From Kiritimatiellia bacterium (GTDB lineage: Bacteria; Verrucomicrobiota; Kiritimatiellia; JAQICX01), in NCBI GenBank assembly GCA_027858345.1, contig JAQICX010000182.1, positions 273-64,272 on the forward strand: a DNA stretch of 64,000 nt, read 5' to 3'. The stretch's first letter is position 1. Every line of letters begins with the position of its first letter. Shown here one piece after another: positions 9,736 through 19,838 of this stretch. Below the pieces are notes generated by a model. The model saw only the letters and a list, made by a program, of their open reading frames with translations, made no database searches and had not been told where the DNA came from. A program made the translations under genes and the position numbers.

Positions 9736-11403
9736 TTATCTGATTCTTATAGGGGTTTGCAAAGCAACATATATCTTAAATTTATGAGTGTAATCACCAG
9801 CAACAAGAGGTGGTTGCTCTTTTATTGCCGTGCCATCCGTAAATCCAGGAAACTCTTTTAGACGAGTTGTAAAAACCTCTAAAACAGTCGTATCACCTTT
9901 TACGATTGCCCTTGCTTTATCTTCAAAAATCTCACCCTCTATCTCAACACCGGCAGCCATTCCATTATTTACTACAGGCTTAAAGGATGTTAACCACATA
10001 CCTTCCAGCATAGCATTATGAACCCCGTCAAGAACCAATAACCATGATGTCTTTGATGCAACGAGATCTACAAGCTTTCCTACCTCTTTTTCCTCTGCTT
10101 TCTGAGCTCTCACAGCATCTCTAAGCTTCTTATCCAAACTCTCCAACCGTAACTTTTCATTCTCGATATTGATTGTGTTATCTTTTGCAAGAACTGTCAT
10201 ATGATGAAAATACCAAGCCCAGCAACTCATGGCAACAGCGGCAAGTACAACTGAAGCAACAAAGAATGGCCTACGCTTGCGCATTATTTTTTGTGCAACA
10301 ATTGATGCCGGCATCAAATTAATCTCAATAGGACATCCTCCTGCATACCTTACACCAAGACCAACAACCTCTCCAAGTACTGTAACATCAGCATTAAGCT
10401 GGTCGACAGAAATATTTGGTGATATACTTATACTTTTAAAAGGATTTAAATACTCAACATCAACACGAAGTTTTTCATTAAAAAAAGTATTTAAATGAGG
10501 AATAATCGAACTACCACCTGCAAGAAGAATTGATGTAGGAGCACTTCCTGACTGCTGACTTCTATAAAAATTTATAGATCTGTTAACTTCCGCATGTAAA
10601 CGTGTTAACACATTTCTTACTATCTTTGAAATTTTTTCTGTGTCAGGATCTTCTGACATAGAATAAACACCACCAAGTGCAACAACTGCTTTTTCTTTTT
10701 TGAGTTTTTCTGCCTCTTCAAAGGTCAAATTGAACTCTTTCATAATCTCTTGGGAGATTGTATTGCCAGCAACTGTAATACTACGACTAAAAACTTTGTT
10801 TCCTTCAACAAAAACAAGGTTAGTTGAACGCGCACCAATATCAAGAACCATTGTACAAGCATCTGTTGTTATTTCCGGATAACTCATTCTTACAAGATTA
10901 TAAAGTGCTAAAGGAGCCGTATCAATTATTTCAGGCTCAAGACCTAAAGTCTGAACACAGTCTGTCAGAGCTGTAACATTCTCTGTCTTAACAGCAACAA
11001 GCATAACCTTCTTTTCATCATCAAGACCATCATCAAGTAACTGATAATCCCAAACAACTTCGTCAATCGGAAATGGGACATTTTGTTGTGCTTCGTACTC
11101 AACAATTTGTTGAATCTTATCACCTTCAACAGGCGGCAACTTAACATAGCGCGGAAAAACTGCCTGGCCAGAAATAGACATGTATAACTGAACGCCAGAT
11201 CTTATACCACGCTCTTTCATTAGATCTCTTAAAGCTGATACTATATATGCAGATGAATCAACATTGCTTTCAGGTAAAACACCCAAATCTGCAACTCCAT
11301 AATTGATAAGTTCTGGCACACCATTCTTACGTGTCACAAACTCAGCAACTACAATTTTACTGGCACCAATATCAAGTGCAATCATTCTATCTGGACTAAA
11401 CAC
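9736..11403 (-). CDS. pilM: Type IV pilus assembly protein PilM (actin-like ATPase fold) fused to PilN-like C-terminal TM/coiled-coil domain
   Basis: 555 aa; N-terminal IALDIGASKIVVAEF... acetate/sugar-kinase/FtsA-like fold; after ~aa 365 a TM helix (FFVASVVLAAVAMSCWAWYF) and coiled coil typical of PilN. Confidence 0.75.
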   Translation of the reverse strand: MFSPDRMIALDIGASKIVVAEFVTRKNGVPELINYGVADLGVLPESNVDSSAYIVSALRDLMKERGIRSGVQLYMSISGQAVFPRYVKLPPVEGDKIQQIVEYEAQQNVPFPIDEVVWDYQLLDDGLDDEKKVMLVAVKTENVTALTDCVQTLGLEPEIIDTAPLALYNLVRMSYPEITTDACTMVLDIGARSTNLVFVEGNKVFSRSITVAGNTISQEIMKEFNLTFEEAEKLKKEKAVVALGGVYSMSEDPDTEKISKIVRNVLTRLHAEVNRSINFYRSQQSGSAPTSILLAGGSSIIPHLNTFFNEKLRVDVEYLNPFKSISISPNISVDQLNADVTVLGEVVGLGVRYAGGCPIEINLMPASIVAQKIMRKRRPFFVASVVLAAVAMSCWAWYFHHMTVLAKDNTINIENEKLRLESLDKKLRDAVRAQKAEEKEVGKLVDLVASKTSWLLVLDGVHNAMLEGMWLTSFKPVVNNGMAAGVEIEGEIFEDKARAIVKGDTTVLEVFTTRLKEFPGFTDGTAIKEQPPLVAGDYTHKFKIYVALQTPIRIR

Positions 11404-12056
11404 TATTTTATTACCTCATAACTATCAATATTCATAAATACAAAAGGTGACTCTTTTTTATTCAAAAGATACCCGGAACGAGGAATCAAAACATTACTCT
11501 CCATTATGCGAGGGTTGTTCCACCAATTATCTCCAAAAATTTGTCTCACAGAGTTAGCAACTTCTCCCGTAGCTTCAATCACTACACCATCAACACTTAA
11601 AATAACTGCCGCAGCAACCGCCTTACCATATCTCTTTTCTGCGTTAGGATGCAAAAATGCTGATGCAAAATGCTGTCTACCTTGCTCTACATCAATATAT
11701 GTAACGCTTTTCTTATATACACTGTATCTCTGAACATTCTTACCATCCTCACGTTCAACTTTCAAGGTAACAACAATATATTCAATCTTTAGTTCATCAA
11801 TCCACTCTGGTATTGTCTGATACTCAACATTCAAACGACGCCACTCGGGGGCTCTCCCTGACTTTGAAATTCCTGGCTCATCCTGTATACCATAACTAGG
11901 AGTTTTCACAAGGTTCTTGGAGTCGCTCAACGCACTAAAGCTTTTCAACTTCAACGGTGGTGGTTGTTGTTGATTTTGCTGAGCAAGTGCAACAGAACAA
12001 ACACTTACCAACATAACTACTGTCATAAAACTTCTTAAAACTCTAATATTCATCAT
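11403..12056 (-). CDS. Secreted hypothetical protein, first gene of the T4P-like cluster
   Basis: 217 aa; signal peptide MMNIRVLRSFMTVVMLVSVCSVALAQ followed by Q/P-rich stretch; start overlaps PilMN stop (11403). Confidence 0.55.
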   Translation of the reverse strand: MMNIRVLRSFMTVVMLVSVCSVALAQQNQQQPPPLKLKSFSALSDSKNLVKTPSYGIQDEPGISKSGRAPEWRRLNVEYQTIPEWIDELKIEYIVVTLKVEREDGKNVQRYSVYKKSVTYIDVEQGRQHFASAFLHPNAEKRYGKAVAAAVILSVDGVVIEATGEVANSVRQIFGDNWWNNPRIMESNVLIPRSGYLLNKKESPFVFMNIDSYEVIK

Positions 12057-12385
12057 CTTGCCCCTCTTCTGGTTGTTTATCGTAAATCGTTAAACACAAA
12101 GCACTTACGCATAAGCGACAGATTGCTTTGTAAAACCCGACCTTATTTAACAAAAAAATTTCTATAACCATACACCAATATGCCATAAAAATCAATGAAA
12201 AAAAATGGTTTGAAATAACTTTTTTTAATTTATGCTCTAATTTTATTAGTATTCTCTTAGTTTAAACAACTCAACTAGAGCATTTCGCTCATGAAACGCA
12301 GTACATATTTGTCCTGCGACTTCTGTTGAATCTTTCAAAAAAATAGGCAATTATAACCTCATATCTCACCAAAGTTTTCAATAGC

Positions 12386-12418
12386 AAAAAAAAGCGGAAT
12401 TCAAAAACAAATTCCGCT
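12386..12418 (-). terminator. Rho-independent terminator downstream of the RRM-protein gene
   Basis: Minus-strand reading: perfect 8-bp stem GCGGAATT / AATTCCGC (12394-12418) followed by U8 (plus-strand A8 at 12386-12393). Confidence 0.8.
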
Positions 12419-12472
12419 AATATACTTAAAGTCGTCTACATATGATCTCGTACAACCACATACAGTAAAATA

Positions 12473-12859
12473 TTATCTAGCCTTGGATTTGGCTTCATTT
12501 ACAACAAGCTTGCGACCTTTAATGTCCTTGTCATCAAGGTTTTCAATAGCACGCTGTGCTTCTCCTCGGTTCGGCATTTCAACAAAACCAAAACCTTTTG
12601 ATTTTCCGTTTTGTAAGTTCGTAATAATTCGAACATTCTGAACTGCACCATATTTTTTGAAAATTTTACGCAAATCACCTTCTCTTACATTGTAAGAGAG
12701 ATTACCTACATAAATCTCAACACATCTATTTTTACTTTTTGCTTTGGCCGGCTTACTCTTAGCATTCTTGCCCAAAATAATACCAACTAAACAAAATACT
12801 GCAGCCACAACAACATTAATTAAAATATTTGCAGCATCAACATCTTCTAATCCTAACAT
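12473..12859 (-). CDS. RRM-type RNA-binding protein with an N-terminal hydrophobic (TM-like) segment
   Basis: 128 aa; C-terminal RRM with RNP2 IYVGNL and RNP1 KGFGFVEM; N-terminal ILINVVVAAVFCLVGIILG hydrophobic helix; only in-frame ATG is at 12859 with AGGA RBS upstream. Confidence 0.75.
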   Translation of the reverse strand: MLGLEDVDAANILINVVVAAVFCLVGIILGKNAKSKPAKAKSKNRCVEIYVGNLSYNVREGDLRKIFKKYGAVQNVRIITNLQNGKSKGFGFVEMPNRGEAQRAIENLDDKDIKGRKLVVNEAKSKAR

Positions 12860-12888
12860 ATCATATTCCTTTCACGGTTCCTAAAATC

Positions 12889-14931
12889 CTATTTGGATTC
12901 CAAAAAACCTTCCAGCTTCTTTAGTCGCGTCGGATGACGTAACTTTCGCAAAGCCTTTGCTTCTATTTGTCTGATTCTTTCTCGAGTTACATCAAATTTT
13001 TTACCAACCTCTTCTAACGTCCTAGAGTAACCATCTGTTAATCCAAATCGATAATCCAAAACAGACTGTTCTCTTTCCGTTAATGTTGATAAAACTATCT
13101 TTAAACGATCTCTAAGTATACTGTATGCAGTCATTTCCGATGGATTATCTGCTGTTTTATCTTCAATAAAATCACCAAAATAAGCATCGTCTCCATCACC
13201 TACCGGAGCCTGAAGCGATATAGGTTGTTGTGCCATTTTATAAACAGCCCTAACGCGTTCAACCGGCATATCCATCTCTTCTGCAGCTTCTTCAGGAGTA
13301 GGCTCTCTACCAAGCTCTTGAACAAGTTTTTTCTGAACCCTCAGCAATTTGTTGATTGTCTCAATCATATGCACAGGGATTCTAATAGTTCTCGCCTGGT
13401 CTGCAATCGCACGAGTTGCAGCCTGACGAATCCACCAGGTTGCATAGGTGCTAAATTTATAACCTCGGCGATATTCAAATTTCTCAACTGCCTTCATCAG
13501 ACCAGTGTTACCTTCTTGAATAAGATCAAGAAATGACAAACCTCTGTTCATATATTTCTTAACAATACTTATAACAAGCCTAAGGTTAGCTTCAACCATT
13601 TCTGTTCGAGCCCTCTGACCTCTTTTCATCCACTTGGACAACTCCTTAAGGCTAACAACCAAGTCATCAACCGGCATGAGAAATTCTAATTCATATTCAT
13701 TTAACTTGTTTTGAAGCTCAATAACACCTGAATCTCTTTTTTTGCTCTTTCTTTTTTCTTCAAGTTTTTTGATTGAGTTTATAATATCATAAACAGACTT
13801 ATATTTAAGACCTGCCTCTGCTGCCATAATCTCAATAACCTTTTGCTTGAAATGCAAAGATGCATAAACATCCACAGCTTTATCTCGCCGTTTCTCAAAA
13901 ACCTTCTGTTTCTTCTTGAAATCAGCTGCACTTAACGAGTGGTTTGACGGCACGTAAGCAGAATGCAAAGATTCTTCAGCTCCAAGTACAGCTTTTTTCA
14001 AGCCAACCATTTGCTCAATATACTTATCCCTACTATCAACAACTTTATCAATCACAACTCTGTCAAAACGCTCTTCTGAATTTTCAAGCTGAGCCAAAAC
14101 ATCCATATACATCTTAGGGGCAAAACCAAATTTGTTAAATATAGTTCTAACATTAAACTCTGCCTCTTCAATTCTTTTGCAAATCTCTACCTCTTTTTCT
14201 CGCGTTAAAAGAGGAACTTGTCCCATCTGGTGCAAATACATTCTTATAGGGTCGTCAATATCAACTCTAGATGTCTTGCTACCAGCTTTTTTCTTGTCAA
14301 ATTTCTTGTACTTATCACCCTCTGTAGACTCAAAAACTTCAATCTCCATGGATTTTAAAATACGCAAACAGGCTTCGATTCCCTCTGCATTAATCATCTC
14401 CGGAGAAAGATATTTGTTGATATCGTCAAAAGTTAAATAACCTTGATTTCCCGCCAACCCAATAAGAGTTTTTAAACTCTCTGCTTTGGTTGTTGCTTTG
14501 GTAGCTTCCTCCAGTTGAGCAAAATCAGGCTCAACATCTCTTAAACCTTCAGGAATAACTGTTTCGTCCAGTAATGCTTTCTTATGAGTCTCTTTTTTAG
14601 GAGCTTTTTTCGTACTTTTCTTAGGAGCAACCTTAGCTTTAGGCTCTTTCTTCACAGGAATTGATTTGGCTTCGCTTGTTAATACCTTCTCCAAAGCTGG
14701 AGAAGTAGTTTTTGTGGCATTTTTTACCGCAGGAGCTTTAGCTCCAGCAGCATTTTTAGTCGTAGCTTTTTTTGTTGATTTTGCGACCGATTTACTCTGG
14801 GAAGGCTTAGCCTTTGAAGAAGTCTGCTTCGCGACCTGGCTTTTTCTGGCCAGTTTTTTAGCAGCTGTTGCTTTAGTTGTCTTCTTTCCTACAACTTTAT
14901 CTTTTTTCTCTTCTGGTTTACCTTTTGGCAT
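12889..14931 (-). CDS. rpoD: RNA polymerase primary sigma factor RpoD (sigma-70) with ~150-aa Lys/Ala-rich histone-H1-like N-terminal extension
   Basis: Regions 1.2-4.2 clearly present (…[54 protein letters not shown]…, …[28 protein letters not shown]). Likely start [10 protein letters not shown] at 14931 (SD AGAGGG upstream); ORF-track start 15015 adds 28 dubious residues. Confidence 0.9.
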   Translation of the reverse strand: MPKGKPEEKKDKVVGKKTTKATAAKKLARKSQVAKQTSSKAKPSQSKSVAKSTKKATTKNAAGAKAPAVKNATKTTSPALEKVLTSEAKSIPVKKEPKAKVAPKKSTKKAPKKETHKKALLDETVIPEGLRDVEPDFAQLEEATKATTKAESLKTLIGLAGNQGYLTFDDINKYLSPEMINAEGIEACLRILKSMEIEVFESTEGDKYKKFDKKKAGSKTSRVDIDDPIRMYLHQMGQVPLLTREKEVEICKRIEEAEFNVRTIFNKFGFAPKMYMDVLAQLENSEERFDRVVIDKVVDSRDKYIEQMVGLKKAVLGAEESLHSAYVPSNHSLSAADFKKKQKVFEKRRDKAVDVYASLHFKQKVIEIMAAEAGLKYKSVYDIINSIKKLEEKRKSKKRDSGVIELQNKLNEYELEFLMPVDDLVVSLKELSKWMKRGQRARTEMVEANLRLVISIVKKYMNRGLSFLDLIQEGNTGLMKAVEKFEYRRGYKFSTYATWWIRQAATRAIADQARTIRIPVHMIETINKLLRVQKKLVQELGREPTPEEAAEEMDMPVERVRAVYKMAQQPISLQAPVGDGDDAYFGDFIEDKTADNPSEMTAYSILRDRLKIVLSTLTEREQSVLDYRFGLTDGYSRTLEEVGKKFDVTRERIRQIEAKALRKLRHPTRLKKLEGFLESK

Positions 14932-15302
14932 AAATAATTCACCCTCTTTTGCTTGTTGATTTCCAATAAACCTATATATTATACCAACAATACATAAATT
15001 TAGTCTCTTTTGCAACTGTTTTTTTTCATTTTTCAGTTTTTTTCACAATATATGACACGCATTTGCCATTTTTTTCCCTTTTTCAATAAAGAATTGCAGT
15101 TACAGTGCACATTAATAACCATAGAGTGGTTAATAATTATATGAGCCTAATATCAATAAGGATATAATTACAAAAAAAATTATCCCGCATATTTTATGAG
15201 ATTACTTTTTGCATTGTTTTCAAGCGTTTGTCAAATCTTTTCAATTTTTATTTTTGTTATCGCATTTCTTAAGTATCAAACAACACTTCCAAAACAAAAT
15301 AT

Positions 15303-15318
15303 ATCACGATTTCGTGAT
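15303..15318. promoter_or_regulatory. Perfect 7-3-7 palindrome ATCACGAtttCGTGAT in the divergent rpoD / 15541 intergenic region; candidate transcription-factor operator
   Basis: Read directly at 15303-15318 in an AT-rich 520-bp divergent promoter region. Confidence 0.35.
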
Positions 15319-15540
15319 GAAGAAGAAAATCTTTTACCAGATTTCATTTTTTTACACATTAATTTTGCATAAAATTCCAAATTTTCCACATAAACAACCA
15401 TTTTTTACATCATCTTGTACAAATAACGATGGAAATCGAGAAAATAACCACAATCTTTCCAAATTTCCTTGACTAAAACATAAAATTCTAATAGTATGTG
15501 GGTGATTTAATGTAAAAATATAAACATGAGGTAAAATATA

Positions 15541-16392
15541 ATGAGTAATAAATTTTTGTTCTGCGTAATAACACTTTCTTCTTTTGTTGTTGCATCATCG
15601 GCTTTCGAGCCAGCATTTAAACTTGTCCAGCCAGAAGGTAAAGTCAAGATTCAAACACCAGCTTCAAAACGTTCTGAAACACCGAGAGTGGATCAGGCTT
15701 ATGCTTATGGAAGCACAATAACAATTGAAAAAGGTTCATCTGTTAACGTAATATTGGGCAATGGTAGCTCTGTTAAACTTACAGGTGCTGCAGTTGTAGG
15801 CATGAAAGAAGACGGTGACGAAAAAATTATTGATCTAAAATCAGGTAAAGCTGAATTCAATCTTGCAAAAGATAGTGGGAAACTCAAAGTTCAATCAAAA
15901 GGAATTGAAATTTCACCTGTCTCTGCTGGTACTTTTACTGTAGATGCAAGAAGATCATATTCCTTCAACTCTGTAGGAATAGTTTCTGACACTGCACAAG
16001 TCGCTGTTAAAGGCGATCAATTCGATATTAAAAAGTTTGGACCTAAATCAGAACTATCAATTTCATCAGCTTCTGATGGTTCTTACTCAAAAATTCAGGT
16101 TCCAAAAGGTAACCTAAACCTTACATTTGATACCGACGATGGTGATAAGAATGTTAAAGTTGAAAAAGGCGAAACAGTTGCAATATATCGCAAAGTTTCA
16201 AACCTTGGAATCACAGTTGTTTCAACTGTTATAATAACAGGTGCTGACTCAACAGTTAAACAACAGTTTTCATTCTCTAAAAAACTAAAAAAACGAATTC
16301 CAATTAATCCAGCGTCTACTACTACGACTACTACAACTACTACTACAAGTTCTACAACTGTAAAGTCGCCTACACCAGTTGGTGAAAGATAA
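15541..16392 (+). CDS. Secreted hypothetical protein (FecR-like beta-rich periplasmic domain?) with C-terminal poly-Thr/Ser tail
   Basis: 283 aa; signal peptide MSNKFLFCVITLSSFVVASSA; ends PASTTTTTTTTTTSSTTVKSPTPVGER. Confidence 0.6.
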   Translation: MSNKFLFCVITLSSFVVASSAFEPAFKLVQPEGKVKIQTPASKRSETPRVDQAYAYGSTITIEKGSSVNVILGNGSSVKLTGAAVVGMKEDGDEKIIDLKSGKAEFNLAKDSGKLKVQSKGIEISPVSAGTFTVDARRSYSFNSVGIVSDTAQVAVKGDQFDIKKFGPKSELSISSASDGSYSKIQVPKGNLNLTFDTDDGDKNVKVEKGETVAIYRKVSNLGITVVSTVIITGADSTVKQQFSFSKKLKKRIPINPASTTTTTTTTTTSSTTVKSPTPVGER

Positions 16393-16502
16393 GAAAACAG
16401 TCTTAATAGTGAACTCAATTTATAATGCATTTCTTCTTAAATAAAAATCTAGGGAGAAATGCATTTTCTTTTTAAAATGTAATCAAAAACAAGGAAAATA
16501 TA

Positions 16503-18185
16503 GTGTTAATTTCAAAATTTCATAAAATAATAGGAAACAAATGGCTTTGGGCAGCATTTGCAATATTAATGAGTTTAGTATTGGTAGGTCTTTTTACTCC
16601 AGGCATGAATAGCGGTCAAGAAGAACGTGTACTTGCAGCTGGAAAACTATACGGGCTCGATATTGCAAAATCAGAATATAACATCGCTGAATATTTCGAA
16701 AAAGGACTCGTCAGTGACAAAACATACGACCAGGAAGAATATAAACAACTTCAAAAACAAACATGGCAAAGATTAGCTGCTCTTAAAACTGCTCCAAGAA
16801 TGGGAATCATTGTAACAGAGCAGGAAGTCCTTGATGCAATCAAAAACGATCGTACATTTGCCAACAGTGCTGGTCAATTTGATAAAACAATCTTTAATCA
16901 GATTATGATGCAAATAAGACTAAGCCCTGAAATCTACACAGAATATGTTAAACAACAATTAATTATTTACAAAGTAAAAAAACAACTTGAATCAGAAGTA
17001 TGGCTACCACCAACATTGATTGAAGAAAAGCTTTCAGACTTGACCGACCTAATCACAGTAAAAGCCGGACTTGTCAGCAACGTGAATTTTACAAACAACG
17101 TAAAAGTTACAGATGAATTGATTTCAGCATACTATGATGAAAACAAAGAGATCTTTGAAACACCAGAAAAAATATCTGTTAAATACATAAAGTGGTCAAA
17201 CGACGATGTCGCAAAAACAATTGAAATCACACAAGAACAAACTGCCAACTATTACACAAACTATATTGATGACTTCTCTGTTGCAGACACAAACAACAAC
17301 CTAGTCCCTATGCCTTTGAAGGACGTACAAGATAAAATTGTTGCAATGCTGAAAAATAGAGCAGCTCAAAATCAGTTAATTGATACCGCAAGTTATTTCA
17401 CAAGAAAATTGGAACCTGTTGCAGGAAAATCAGAACCTTTTGAAACAGTTGTTGCAAAAGAGACAGATCTTTCAGTATCAACAAGCGGTCTGTTTTCAGC
17501 ACAAAGCAAGATCGCAGGACTAAGCGATGTTGAACCAAATGATGTGCAAATGCTATTTGCTCTTGACCAAAATGACCCATGGCGTTGCTTCAGCGACCCT
17601 GTTGTAACAGAAAAAGACGTATACATCTTTGCTGCAAATGAAAAAATCGCTCCGAAAATTCCAGAACTTGCAGAACTTAAAGAGACTATTTCTTTCTATG
17701 TAAAACAAGATGAACTTGGCAAGCTTACAAAAGAAAAAGCTGAAGAATTCATTGCAGAAATTGAAAAAGAAGTTGCGGCGGGCAAATCCTTTGAACAAGC
17801 AGCTAAAGCTCTAGATATTGAGACATTCAATGCAGGAACATTCATGTCATACCAAGGTATCACAAACAATGTACCATATGCAGATACGATCTCTCGTTTA
17901 GCAATCTCAGTTGAAGCTGGTAAAGCTTCTGAACCGGTTGAAATTCCAAGTGGTGCAATCTTCGCATTCGTTGAGAAACGTACAGAAGGCGAACCAATTG
18001 AAAAAGAATTGGTAAGACCTCAACTTCTATCATCTCTAACAAAATATAGAGCCGATATCACTTATCCAGCTTGGGGCCAAAGTATATTGGATAGTAAAGA
18101 AGCTGACTTCCAAAACTTCATGGATCAACCAGAAGAAAATGAAGCCGCTGAAAAAGAACTTGTTGAAGAAGAAACCGGCATTTAA
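16503..18185 (+). CDS. ppiD: PpiD/SurA-like periplasmic chaperone (peptidyl-prolyl isomerase family) with N-terminal TM anchor; GTG start
   Basis: 560 aa; N-terminal TM WLWAAFAILMSLVLVGLF; overall PpiD-like architecture; SD AAGGA 7 nt upstream of GTG 16503. Confidence 0.6.
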   Translation: MLISKFHKIIGNKWLWAAFAILMSLVLVGLFTPGMNSGQEERVLAAGKLYGLDIAKSEYNIAEYFEKGLVSDKTYDQEEYKQLQKQTWQRLAALKTAPRMGIIVTEQEVLDAIKNDRTFANSAGQFDKTIFNQIMMQIRLSPEIYTEYVKQQLIIYKVKKQLESEVWLPPTLIEEKLSDLTDLITVKAGLVSNVNFTNNVKVTDELISAYYDENKEIFETPEKISVKYIKWSNDDVAKTIEITQEQTANYYTNYIDDFSVADTNNNLVPMPLKDVQDKIVAMLKNRAAQNQLIDTASYFTRKLEPVAGKSEPFETVVAKETDLSVSTSGLFSAQSKIAGLSDVEPNDVQMLFALDQNDPWRCFSDPVVTEKDVYIFAANEKIAPKIPELAELKETISFYVKQDELGKLTKEKAEEFIAEIEKEVAAGKSFEQAAKALDIETFNAGTFMSYQGITNNVPYADTISRLAISVEAGKASEPVEIPSGAIFAFVEKRTEGEPIEKELVRPQLLSSLTKYRADITYPAWGQSILDSKEADFQNFMDQPEENEAAEKELVEEETGI

Positions 18186-18382
18186 AACATAATACCAAAA
18201 ATGGCTTTTAAAATTGAGCTAAAAAAAATCCGAGCCAACTGGAGGCAGCTACAATATGTGAAACATGGAAAAACTCTAATGGCATTCACAACACCTGTAG
18301 CCGAGTCGCTCCGGCTCTGGAAAATAAAATTTTCATGACTTTAAGACAGACACAGACCTGTAAAAAAATAGTTTGATAATAA

Positions 18383-18901
18383 ATGAAAAAAATAACAACA
18401 ATTTTTCTTTGCATACTAACAGCATTGATAATGTTTTCGTGTAAAACTGTCGAACACGAATTTGAAACCAACCAAACACAACACATTGGTTGGTGGCGTT
18501 CACAGCTGTTTGAATATTATCCTGACAACCCATATACCAATCATCCTTCAGAATCAATTGAGGCAGTTGTCCTAATTGGTGATGGCTTTGACGCAGGTAA
18601 ACCATGGGTAATTGTTAACCCTGAATACAAGTACAAACAACGTCCATCAACAAGACCAATTGAAGTTATATGCTACTCAAAAAAAGCAATTGAGTTTCTT
18701 TGCAACGCTCCTGCAGTAGACTTTGAAGCACGGGGTGCATGGCACGCAATCTTTTGTGGAACAGACGGAAAACTTGCAGGCATAAAAACAATCAGCTCAT
18801 ATAGCTTTAATTTAATGCCGGACAAAGATAAATCAAAAACACAATCAATAAAGGACGACCAAATTTCACCTGATGCCGTCAGACAGCTATACAACTTCTA
18901 A
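18383..18901 (+). CDS. Lipoprotein, hypothetical
   Basis: 172 aa; lipoprotein signal MKKITTIFLCILTALIMFSC. Confidence 0.6.
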   Translation: MKKITTIFLCILTALIMFSCKTVEHEFETNQTQHIGWWRSQLFEYYPDNPYTNHPSESIEAVVLIGDGFDAGKPWVIVNPEYKYKQRPSTRPIEVICYSKKAIEFLCNAPAVDFEARGAWHAIFCGTDGKLAGIKTISSYSFNLMPDKDKSKTQSIKDDQISPDAVRQLYNF

Positions 18902-18911
18902 CCCTTAAGCA

Positions 18912-18947
18912 AATCTCAACCTTAATCTCAACCTTAATCTTAACCTT
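18912..18947. repeat. Three tandem 12-bp units (AATCTYAACCTT)x3 immediately after the stop codon; hexamer-period CTTAAY family also at 19796-19822 and 43304-43328
   Basis: Read directly: aatctcaacctt aatctcaacctt aatcttaacctt. Confidence 0.7.
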
Positions 18948-18958
18948 TATACAACACC

Positions 18959-19726
18959 ATGGCACTTATACATTTAAACTTTTTTTCAGAATCACTCGGA
19001 GTATCAACATCAATTGACATTATCATGCCGCAGAAAACCTCTGGACAGGAAATTGGTCTGGAAACCAACGCATCAGAAGATCTTCCTCCTTGCTTATACC
19101 TTCTACACGGTCTATCCGATGATCATACAATATGGCAACGCAGAACATCAATCGAAAGATATGCTGCTTCAAAAGGCATCGCAGTAATAATGCCTTGCGT
19201 AAATAGAAGCTTTTATACCGATATGGCATACGGACCAAACTACTGGACATACATCAGCGAAGAACTCCCCAAAATAGTACACTCAATGTTTAAAATATCT
19301 CAAGATCCAAAGAAAACATTTGTTGCAGGTCTGTCAATGGGTGGATATGGAGCAATGAAAATGGGACTTAGAAATCCCGATCGTTTTGCTGCAATTGCTT
19401 CACTATCCGGTGTTATGCAGCTCAAAGCCTTTGGTGATCCCAAAAAGAATGCCGAAGCAAAATTAATCTTTGGTGACACTCCTCCAATAAATAACGAAAA
19501 CGATATGTTCTACCTGATAAAGCAACTCAAAGAAAATGGAACCAAAATTCCAGAAATATATATTGTATGCGGAACAGAAGACTTTCTTTATGAAGAGAAC
19601 CAAACCTTCAAGAAACATTTGGAAGAACTAAACATCAAGCACACATATCAGGAAGCATCAGGAGCACACGAATGGGGATTCTGGGACAAGCACATCCAAG
19701 ACGTCCTCGACTGGATCCCACTATAG
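18959..19726 (+). CDS. Esterase (esterase D / S-formylglutathione hydrolase-like, PF00756 family)
   Basis: 255 aa; GLSMGGYGA nucleophile elbow, HEWGFW C-terminal motif. Confidence 0.75.
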   Translation: MALIHLNFFSESLGVSTSIDIIMPQKTSGQEIGLETNASEDLPPCLYLLHGLSDDHTIWQRRTSIERYAASKGIAVIMPCVNRSFYTDMAYGPNYWTYISEELPKIVHSMFKISQDPKKTFVAGLSMGGYGAMKMGLRNPDRFAAIASLSGVMQLKAFGDPKKNAEAKLIFGDTPPINNENDMFYLIKQLKENGTKIPEIYIVCGTEDFLYEENQTFKKHLEELNIKHTYQEASGAHEWGFWDKHIQDVLDWIPL

Positions 19727-19838
19727 AATCTTTTTATTCAAAATTGGATGTTGAACGTTCGATGTTCGACGTTCTCCCCCGCGAGCAAAGCGAGCTCTTA
19801 ATCTTTACCTAAATCTTAATCTGCTGGAGAATCCAGCA

